A stretch of DNA of 64,000 bases from Paludibacteraceae bacterium (GCA_017525455.1 JAFXSS010000152.1:649-64648); one strand, 5' to 3'; shown: positions 9,212 through 18,602, numbered from the stretch's first letter. The notes: generated from the sequence alone by a model not told the origin. Numbers and translations are program-made.

Positions 9212-10519
9212 TTAGAATTTATAAACCTTGAACCAGTCAATCGAGGTTACACCCGTAGATTTGACGCCTTGGGGTAAGAACGCAATCACTGTCGGAAAGA
9301 GTTTCGCACCAAGCTTGTTAGCGGTGCGAAGAACCTCCTGATTGTTGACATACCAGGTAATATCGCTCTTGGTGATATCCACAGTGAATATATACTCATG
9401 CCCCTCTTTTACACCTTCAACTACAGTCAGTTCCTCAAACTTATCGAAGGTGACACCCATATTAACTTTGGCTCCATCCCATTGTGCAATACGCAGAATA
9501 GGCAGATGGTTCTCACTAAGCAGGCATATAGCACCGTTAGCCTTGCCCGAGAACGAAGCCTTGACTTGGAACATACCTTCGTCGGCACGGAAATTCTCGG
9601 CAGCTTGAATGACATCACCGGTGTACTCATAGTCCTTCATGATGAAACCTTTCTTCTGCTCCCATGCCGGCACAGTAGCATGTTCAGCCTTGACGGCAAC
9701 TACCAGGCGGCCATCAATCGTGCATACGTTACGACCGTCGTTCATGGCAGCATTCTCATTGGCATACGAGTGGTTGGTCTTGAGTTTTTTGTTACCGAAA
9801 TAGAAACCAGCCTGCCATGGCGAATCCTGCATTCTGTTCCACTGGCACGTATCGGCAAAAATCTCCTGATACGACTCATAACGTGCGATTTGCTTGGGGT
9901 CTTGAGCAAGGAAGAAAGATATGTTCGACGAGTTCTTCAACGCCTCGTACTTACCGTCCTGCTGGCTCTGGAGAGTGGTGTACCAGCGTTTCTCGTTTTT
10001 CCAGAAATGGTTTCTGTCGCGGAACTCTGTATTGTTTACAATCTCGCGCAGGCGATAGTATTCGCTCACTTCAGTCGAGTTCTTATGCACGAGATAACGC
10101 TTAACTGCAAAGGAGTTACCCAAACGCTGCATATGTTTGAGACGCGGATCAGCCTTAACAGCCTCGGGGTCTTTCAACTTGGCAAAATCACTTGTTTCGG
10201 CAAAGTGCATATAGTCCTGCACCTTCTGCAAGCCGCGATAGAATTTGTACCAACGCAAGTGGTGGCTGCGCTTAGCACGATTGTAGGCGGTAATAAGCTG
10301 GTACTCCTCGCGATCCTTGTACCTGGTAGTCAACAATTCTTGCTTGTAGTCCTGGAACTCTTTCGTCTCCACAATCTTTTGGAGGTCAAGGAACTCTGCC
10401 AACTCTTTCGAGTGCTCAACATCGCGGTAGCGGCGGATGTCGGCGCTGACTTGACGGATACGATCTTCCATCTGCTTGGTTGTCAAGGTGTCTGCCTTGA
10501 TTTGCGTAACATGTTTCAT
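9212..10519 (-). CDS. hypothetical protein: helical N-terminal half plus beta-rich C-terminal half (possible concanavalin/GH16-like jelly roll without obvious catalytic residues)
   Basis: 435 aa ORF with 3 and 12 nt gaps to its neighbours. The C-terminus ...SIDWFKVYKF resembles the last strand of ConA-like/GH16 folds. No ExDxxE motif is seen. Confidence 0.55.
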   Translation of the reverse strand: MKHVTQIKADTLTTKQMEDRIRQVSADIRRYRDVEHSKELAEFLDLQKIVETKEFQDYKQELLTTRYKDREEYQLITAYNRAKRSHHLRWYKFYRGLQKVQDYMHFAETSDFAKLKDPEAVKADPRLKHMQRLGNSFAVKRYLVHKNSTEVSEYYRLREIVNNTEFRDRNHFWKNEKRWYTTLQSQQDGKYEALKNSSNISFFLAQDPKQIARYESYQEIFADTCQWNRMQDSPWQAGFYFGNKKLKTNHSYANENAAMNDGRNVCTIDGRLVVAVKAEHATVPAWEQKKGFIMKDYEYTGDVIQAAENFRADEGMFQVKASFSGKANGAICLLSENHLPILRIAQWDGAKVNMGVTFDKFEELTVVEGVKEGHEYIFTVDITKSDITWYVNNQEVLRTANKLGAKLFPTVIAFLPQGVKSTGVTSIDWFKVYKF

Positions 10520-10531
10520 ACGTATGATTGT

Positions 10532-11073
10532 TTAATTAGTATCGTTTGTGAATATTTCATACAACTGTTCGAGCGATGCGACATACTTCGGAGTATATGC
10601 TTCCTGCTTCGGCAAGAATTGCAGAGCTCTCATATCTTCAGCCTCGCGAAGTATACCTTCGTAGAAGCCTTTGTAATTGAGGATGTATATCGGTTTGTGA
10701 TGTTCACCTACCGTGCCGGATGCTATGACATCGTACATCTCATCTAGTGTGCCATAAGATCCCGGCAGGCATACAAAGCAGTCGGCTAACTCGCGCATTG
10801 TCTGTTTGCGTTCGGCCATTGAGCTGACTATATACAGCGTTGTGCAATTGTCAGCCAACCTGCCCGCGCTGATGATTCGCTGTGGCACCACACCGATTAC
10901 TTCGCCTCCGGCATCATGCGCGGCATTGCTCGTGCGACTCATCAAGCCGCCTGTGGCACCGCCATATACCAGCGTATATCCATGTTCGGCTATCCACCTG
11001 CCGAGTTCATCTCCCAAGCGGAGATACTCTTCAGGAATGATATCTTTCGCACTGCAATAAACCGCTATTCTCA

Positions 11074-11074
<1 letters not shown>
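10532..11074 (-). CDS. LOG family / TIGR00730 Rossmann-fold nucleotide-binding protein
   Basis: GGATGGLM and PGSYGTLDEMYD (PGGxGTxxE-like) motifs; 180 aa. Its ATG overlaps the gyrB stop (TAATG). Confidence 0.85.
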
Positions 11075-13164
<2,090 letters not shown>

Positions 13165-13243
13165 TTATACCTATAGGGGTATATTACCGAGGTGGCTCAT
13201 GTTCGCAAAACGGCCGTTTTAGCCGTTATTACTAATTTGCACA

Positions 13244-13251
13244 CAAAATTA
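13244..13251 (-). promoter_or_regulatory. -7 promoter box (TAatTTTG) upstream of gyrB
   Basis: CAAAATTA on the plus strand with a T-rich spacer. It implies a gyrB leader of roughly 115-120 nt. Confidence 0.45.
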
Positions 13252-13313
13252 CAAAAAAAAAATGACATTTGCAAGTTTTTTGTCATTTTTTTTTCACAGA
13301 TAGCAAAAATATA

Positions 13314-14381
13314 TTATTTTTGTCCGAGTCGGTTGAGGTGGCAGAGCATCAGGCTGCCGTCTTCCCGCCTGAGATGCATGCCGTTGCCTTCGCAGAAGTC
13401 GAAGGCTTTGCAGTCTTTGCACGGCTCCAATTTGCGCATCCAACTGCGGTCGCGATAGGGTTTGAATCCGTTCTCCCAGACCTGCCAGAACGAGTCTTTG
13501 TAAATATTTCCCTGATAGTACTTTCCGCGGATGCTTGTGCAGGCAGATATACTGCCGTCAATCAGTATCGATGCTACGCTTATACCCGCAGCGCACTGAT
13601 ATAGATGGTCGCGGACCTTTCCTTCGTAACTGCCCAGATAGCCTTCGCAGGAGTATGATACATGTCGTCCGGCCTCGCGTTCGGCAACTATGAAATCCAT
13701 CAGTTGCTTGAACTGCTCATCCGTCAGAATCAGTTCGGGGTTATCTGCAGCGCGACCCATGGGAGCGATGCCGAACACGCGCCAATCCCGCACTCCGAGG
13801 TTCCACAGCAACTCGCGGATAGCGGGTATATGATCTATTGTCCGCTGGTTGGCGCAAGTCACAACGTCCCATACCAACCCTTTCTCCGCGGCACAAAGTC
13901 TGATTGCCCTGCATGCGCCTTCGAAGGCCAGCGGGTGCTGGCGAAGCCATACATGATCTTCCTCCAGACCATCCAACGACACGGTGATTGATCGCAGTCC
14001 TGCTTTTCTAAGTTCGCGGAAGCGTGCTTCGGTCAGAGCCAAACCGTTGGTGACCATTCCCCACGGATAACCGCGGTCGTACAATGCCCGGCCTATTTGC
14101 GCCAGATCTTTGCGCATCAGCGGTTCGCCACCTGAGATGATGATAAGCACCTTGTGAGGATCGACATGAGGCGTAACCTCCGTGTCAATCACATGCAGGA
14201 AATCCTCCGCAAGCATATCGGGAGTCTGCACCGACGCTATGCAATCACTGCCGCAGTGCAGACAGTGGACATTGCAACGCAAGGTTGATTCCCAGAACAG
14301 TTGCTGCAGCGGATGCAACTCTTTCAGGTTCCTTCTGCGCCATTGTTCGAGGCGCAGTGCCAATCGTATTCTCAGGTTCAT
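13314..14381 (-). CDS. radical SAM protein with a SPASM/twitch-like Cys-rich C-terminal domain
   Basis: The radical SAM core shows in CNVHCLHC (Cx3Cx2C) and the GGEPLM glycine-rich SAM motif. The C-terminal Cys-rich region reads YSCEG...YQCAAG...ISACTS...EPCKDCKAFDFCEGNG...LCH. The start lies 3 nt after the stop of the upstream membrane protein. Confidence 0.85.
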   Translation of the reverse strand: MNLRIRLALRLEQWRRRNLKELHPLQQLFWESTLRCNVHCLHCGSDCIASVQTPDMLAEDFLHVIDTEVTPHVDPHKVLIIISGGEPLMRKDLAQIGRALYDRGYPWGMVTNGLALTEARFRELRKAGLRSITVSLDGLEEDHVWLRQHPLAFEGACRAIRLCAAEKGLVWDVVTCANQRTIDHIPAIRELLWNLGVRDWRVFGIAPMGRAADNPELILTDEQFKQLMDFIVAEREAGRHVSYSCEGYLGSYEGKVRDHLYQCAAGISVASILIDGSISACTSIRGKYYQGNIYKDSFWQVWENGFKPYRDRSWMRKLEPCKDCKAFDFCEGNGMHLRREDGSLMLCHLNRLGQK

Positions 14382-14384
14382 TGA

Positions 14385-15011
14385 TTAGAATCGTATAGTC
14401 ATTCCTACACCATTACCGGTCATACCGAGCGACATTTCCACATCGGTTTGCGGAGCCTGCGGCTGTTGCGGCATGAGGCATAGTTCGTTGTACGTATCAA
14501 CGCTCTTGCTCATCCGTTTGTAACCGACCGTCAGCAGCGGAACAGAACTGATCAGCGCCGCTCCTGCCAGAAAGCCCAGACCGAGGAATGTGCCGTTCTC
14601 TGCCACGAACTTCGGATCTGCAGGTTTCTCCGAATCAGCAACATCGGAAACCACGACACCTACGCCCGATACCAGCCATCCGATGAATGAGGTAGGTGCA
14701 CTTACCAGTCCGAAACCCAAGAGCACCCAGCCGGAGATCATACATTGCTGACCCTGCTTGTACTGTTGGTAAGCTTGCGGACATTCTTCATGAAGAAACT
14801 TCTTGTACGCCGAACCGTTCATCTGCAAATCGCCGCAGTAGTACTTGCCGCCGTCTTTGATAACCACCGACCGCTTTTGTTCCGGCTGTTGTACCGGTTC
14901 TTGCGATACCGTCTGCTCCTCGGTTGAGTTCAATTGTTGCGCCTGCATCGTTGTGCAGCAAGCCAACAAAAGTAATCCTGACAGCAGGAAAAGTTTTATA
15001 TTGTTTTTCAT
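14385..15011 (-). CDS. putative lipoprotein / two-TM membrane protein translationally coupled to the radical SAM gene
   Basis: MKNNIKLFLLSGLLLLAC lipobox-like signal, a Q-rich linker, a small Cys-containing ectodomain and two hydrophobic helices. The start was moved to the ATG at 15009-15011; the longer track ORF would overlap the serpin stop. Confidence 0.6.
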   Translation of the reverse strand: MKNNIKLFLLSGLLLLACCTTMQAQQLNSTEEQTVSQEPVQQPEQKRSVVIKDGGKYYCGDLQMNGSAYKKFLHEECPQAYQQYKQGQQCMISGWVLLGFGLVSAPTSFIGWLVSGVGVVVSDVADSEKPADPKFVAENGTFLGLGFLAGAALISSVPLLTVGYKRMSKSVDTYNELCLMPQQPQAPQTDVEMSLGMTGNGVGMTIRF

Positions 15012-15067
15012 TGTTATAGTGTTTTGCGGAAACAGCCACAAAAACCGTACCACAAAACGATCCGATA

Positions 15068-16336
15068 TTACTTCTCCCACGCCGGATGTCCGATGATAGC
15101 GGTGAAGAGAATCGTTCCGTAATCGCGCTCTCGGATGATCAGCACAAACGGCCGGTCTGCGATGAACTTGCGCCGATCCATCGGTTCGAATTCAGCATCT
15201 TTCGTCATACCTATCGTCACCGCTGCCGCTTCCGTGCCTTCTTCGTCGAACTGCATGAAGCAGTATTGCTTAATCAGGTTAACGAAAGTTGGTTGATTGC
15301 TCAGGTGCGAGAAATTTGCTCTGCTGCTGAACGCATCTTCCACTCCTAAGGCTTGCAGGTCGTCGTTCAGTTTGCGTTCGTACTTCAGCGCGAACTTGGG
15401 CAATGCCAGTTCTACCTCCGGTTGGAACATGTTTGCCAGCATCTCCTGCCATTGTTCAGCATCAAGTTCCTGCACCCATCTGCGGATATCTATACCCTCT
15501 GCCGGCAAGATAATATCTGCACAGTACTTACCGCCTTTGTACGGCAGTTCGAGCAACTGGTAATCATCATCCTCACCATACAGCATCTCGGCCGTACGAT
15601 GGAGCATGTTCGTCTGTATCTCATCACCGGCCAAGGTGGTGAACTTTTGAGGCTTGGTCAGTTCTTTCTTGAACTTATCCTGCCATTTTGCCTTGAAATA
15701 CAGGGCGTTGACCAGCGCCATTACAGTCTCGTCACTCACCATATCGCGAGTGATGATTTTCTTGATGAGATTGTTGGTATGCTGCGCTGCGAAGCGGTTG
15801 ATATCGTCAAGAACTTTCTGATCCGCGAAGGTCGGCACGTTCTTAGCCTCGGCATCGAAACTCCTTTTGCAAGCCTCTGTGTACTCAAGGAATATCGGGA
15901 ATCGCTCTGCCACCCATATACCATTAGCCAGTTTGACGTTTGTGTACTGATCCAATGCCGGCAAGACATCAATCAGTTGGCGATAGTACGCGTTGATCTC
16001 CGTTATCGGAGCATCGTCGTCAAACCCGAGCATCTCCCGAATCTGTTCGAGCGTCTCGCCGTCTGCACCATTCATCAGCATACCGAGCAGCATAGAGGCG
16101 GAAAGCGGCGAGAGGATAATATTCTCCTGCTGTTCGTCGGCCGCAGCCTGCGCCATCAAGTCGAAACTGAAATCGTTGCAGCCTTGCACCATTTCCTGCT
16201 CACTATAGGAGAACTGCAAGCGCTTGGGCTGCGAAACGCCGTTACCCGAACAGGACACAAACATGATCAAGCAAAACAGAATGGCGCACAATCCGAGCAC
16301 CACTCCACTGAACAGGATATTTCTCATTGTGTTCAT
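15068..16336 (-). CDS. serpin family lipoprotein (inhibitory-type hinge)
   Basis: The C-terminus reads EEGTEAAAVT (hinge) ...FIADRPFVLIIRE...ILFTAIIGHP (serpin signature). The N-terminal signal ends in a lipobox, FVSC. The start is ATG 16336 or 16327. Confidence 0.85.
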   Translation of the reverse strand: MNTMRNILFSGVVLGLCAILFCLIMFVSCSGNGVSQPKRLQFSYSEQEMVQGCNDFSFDLMAQAAADEQQENIILSPLSASMLLGMLMNGADGETLEQIREMLGFDDDAPITEINAYYRQLIDVLPALDQYTNVKLANGIWVAERFPIFLEYTEACKRSFDAEAKNVPTFADQKVLDDINRFAAQHTNNLIKKIITRDMVSDETVMALVNALYFKAKWQDKFKKELTKPQKFTTLAGDEIQTNMLHRTAEMLYGEDDDYQLLELPYKGGKYCADIILPAEGIDIRRWVQELDAEQWQEMLANMFQPEVELALPKFALKYERKLNDDLQALGVEDAFSSRANFSHLSNQPTFVNLIKQYCFMQFDEEGTEAAAVTIGMTKDAEFEPMDRRKFIADRPFVLIIRERDYGTILFTAIIGHPAWEK

Positions 16337-16435
16337 TTGTTTAACAATTGTGAGTAATCTATCTATCGTGTGAATATATACGCCCATCCTAAAGCAAACA
16401 TCCATGCTCCGGGATCGCCGTCTCGTAATTGTTGA

Positions 16436-17266
16436 TTACTGAGGAGTATGATACGAGAACCAGTTAGTAGTACGACTCTTCCCGGCGAACAGGCATGCAC
16501 ACCATTCGGTTGGTTCAGCGGGGTAGTCAACAGTTACCATACAACTACCCGGGCAGTGGTCCCCCATATTTGCTTCGCCACTAATGCATTTAGCAAACAA
16601 ATCTTCTGCATAACGTTCAATGCTTGTGTTTAACCGTTGGAGTTCGGCCGACGGACAACTGCAATAGAACAAATAATCTACTGCGAGGCTTGGAGATATT
16701 GATAGCTTGTCTGGTGACTTGTTTTTGTTAGGATTAAAGAATATTTTCACATCATTCATTATCTTTCCTTCTGCCGTTTTGAACGTGCAGACTGAAATCT
16801 TATCAGCATGGTAGTTATCGTCCGGATAGTATGCAAATGCCACATATTCTGTTTCTGGTGCGAGCGCATCCCATTCCGGCTCGCGAGATGTGCCCTTATA
16901 CAGAAAGTCTTCAATCTTTTCGGGTTCTTCCCATGGCTCTTCTCCGGGTTCCAATGGCTCCTCGTCATCACCATCATACGGATAGCCTTGATATATGTAA
17001 CGCAAATCAAATTCCCACTGGTGGTAATAGTATTCTCCGATAGTGTCTTTGAGTTCGGCAAAACGTTCGCAGGTCAAAACGTCCCAATAATAATACTTGT
17101 CGGCATACGCAGGTTCGACAGTGATGCTGACTTGCCGGTCTTGGATATTACTTACGGTAATACTAAAATCGGCATCTTTCACATTTTGTCTCGAGTTGCA
17201 ACCGGTTGTTAGGGTAACCAGTACGCTCGCTCCTATAGCAAGCAATATATATAAGATTCTTTTCAT
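16436..17266 (-). CDS. hypothetical lipoprotein (276 aa, acidic/aromatic-rich, Cys-rich C-terminal half)
   Basis: MKRILYILLAIGASVLVTLTTGC lipobox; no recognised domain. Confidence 0.6.
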   Translation of the reverse strand: MKRILYILLAIGASVLVTLTTGCNSRQNVKDADFSITVSNIQDRQVSITVEPAYADKYYYWDVLTCERFAELKDTIGEYYYHQWEFDLRYIYQGYPYDGDDEEPLEPGEEPWEEPEKIEDFLYKGTSREPEWDALAPETEYVAFAYYPDDNYHADKISVCTFKTAEGKIMNDVKIFFNPNKNKSPDKLSISPSLAVDYLFYCSCPSAELQRLNTSIERYAEDLFAKCISGEANMGDHCPGSCMVTVDYPAEPTEWCACLFAGKSRTTNWFSYHTPQ

Positions 17267-17284
17267 GATAATTGTTGACTATTT

Positions 17285-17503
17285 TCATAGTTCACTATCT
17301 TCAGCAGCTTCGCTTTCCGGCGTCTGTTCCCATTGCGCAGGGCGCACGCCGTACAGTGCTATGACATGCGGATCGTCAATAATGATCGGTTCCACGCCAT
17401 AATCCGTTGCGAACTGTTCGCAACTCGTCAGCGTTGTTCCTGCCAATCCGACAATCACAGCCCCGAGCGCAGCGTTGATGCGTTTCAATACTTTCTTGCG
17501 CAT
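17285..17503 (-). CDS. mini-lipoprotein (72 aa) with two YGVxP motifs and an acidic tail
   Basis: MRKKVLKRINAALGAVIVGLAGTTLTSC | EQFATDYGVEPIIIDDPHVIALYGVRPAQWEQTPESEAAEDSEL. It starts 1 nt after the upstream stop. Paralogous to 21560-21760. Confidence 0.6.
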   Translation of the reverse strand: MRKKVLKRINAALGAVIVGLAGTTLTSCEQFATDYGVEPIIIDDPHVIALYGVRPAQWEQTPESEAAEDSEL

Positions 17504-17504
17504 G

Positions 17505-17906
17505 TTATTCAGTTTTATTTTTTATCATGACAAATACGATTTCGTCTGCCGGGAAGGCACAATCCTTTTCCGGCACGAATCCGGTACCGCATTCAAACAT
17601 ATATCTGGGTGAGATAGACTGTTTCTGATATGCTCCTTTCTGATCAATCGCCGTTACGGTTACATGCGGAATAGGATAGGGCACGTCCTTTATTCGCGAA
17701 TAGAAATAGCCATTTTCGTCGGTACTGACGACGCTCGGGAAACGTACGCCTTCTACTGTTATTTCAATTGCTATACCTTGCAAAAACTCTTCATTCTCAT
17801 TCTGCACAGTGCCATACGTGCTAATGCTAGTCGTATGCATGTGCTTGCAGCCGACCAATACGCTCATTCCTATCATGAGCAGTATAAGTGATATGTATTT
17901 CTTCAT
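17505..17906 (-). CDS. lipoprotein, diverged carboxypeptidase-regulatory-like (CarboxypepD_reg) fold
   Basis: MKKYISLILLMIGMSVLVGC lipobox. ...STYGTVQNENEEFLQGIAIEITVEG...DENGYFY matches the G-x-V-x-D/N...P-L-x-G-[IV] pattern of the neighbouring paralogs. Confidence 0.6.
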   Translation of the reverse strand: MKKYISLILLMIGMSVLVGCKHMHTTSISTYGTVQNENEEFLQGIAIEITVEGVRFPSVVSTDENGYFYSRIKDVPYPIPHVTVTAIDQKGAYQKQSISPRYMFECGTGFVPEKDCAFPADEIVFVMIKNKTE

Positions 17907-17973
17907 AATTGTTGGTGGTATTTGACAATTAATTAGAATCTCACGCTCGGCCATTGTTGACCGATTCTCCCCG

Positions 17974-18411
17974 TTACTTCTTCTTCAGTTGAAAATCCTG
18001 ATGTACATAGCCGGCACCTTGATTCCAATTATCGCCCCATGCCACTTTGCTGCGATCGTAATCCACTTTTACACTCACGGAGTCCGATGCATATACGCCT
18101 GTCGTGTCGGTCACAATAATATCCAAGGAATCCGCAGGGAAGAGACCGTATGGGCCGACTTTATATGTTCCGTCATCGGCGGTATAAACATCGGACATAG
18201 TTCCGCGGTAATCGAGATTCGGACGATACCTGTCTTTGAACGTAACCCGTATGTTCTCTAACGGTTTGTTCTCCTCGTTGGTTATTGTACCTGTCGCCTC
18301 AAACGTCGCGTGAGGCGTTCCGTATTCGCAACGGAAACATCCATTAAGCCCTAATATGCCTAGCAGCAAAGCAATCAACGCATTGATGCCGGTTAACACT
18401 TTCCTTTTCAT
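17974..18411 (-). CDS. lipoprotein with a CarboxypepD_reg-like domain; resembles the family named 'radical SAM-associated putative lipoprotein'
   Basis: MKRKVLTGINALIALLLGILGLNGC FRC EYGTPHATFEATGTITNEENKPLENIRVTF... It is a paralog of 21779-22231. The start was moved to the ATG at 18409-18411, downstream of the promoter box. Confidence 0.7.
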   Translation of the reverse strand: MKRKVLTGINALIALLLGILGLNGCFRCEYGTPHATFEATGTITNEENKPLENIRVTFKDRYRPNLDYRGTMSDVYTADDGTYKVGPYGLFPADSLDIIVTDTTGVYASDSVSVKVDYDRSKVAWGDNWNQGAGYVHQDFQLKKK

Positions 18412-18459
18412 ATCGATGATTTTTTTAGTGGTTATTTGCCATGTTTCGGAAATCGACTG

Positions 18460-18467
18460 CAAAATTA
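18460..18467 (-). promoter_or_regulatory. -7 promoter box (TAatTTTG) of cassette A
   Basis: CAAAATTA on the plus strand, with a -33-like TTTGCATAT 15 nt upstream on the minus strand. Confidence 0.5.
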
Positions 18468-18482
18468 CAACAAATTTCCGAT

Positions 18483-18587
18483 ATATGCAAATAATTTTGT
18501 GGATTTGAATTTTCGCTTAAATGATTGTTTTTCAGCAAAAAGTCATTTCGAGCGTGTGGAAATGTGACAAAATCGGTTATTTAGGGA
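18483..18587 (-). repeat. conserved upstream element, copy A (105 bp)
   Basis: Base-by-base comparison with 22291-22395 gives 2 mismatches in 105 bp (18494 and 18508). It starts 15 nt upstream of the -7 box, the same offset as the other copies. Confidence 0.9.
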
Positions 18588-18602
18588 AGAAATCCGGCAT
18601 GT

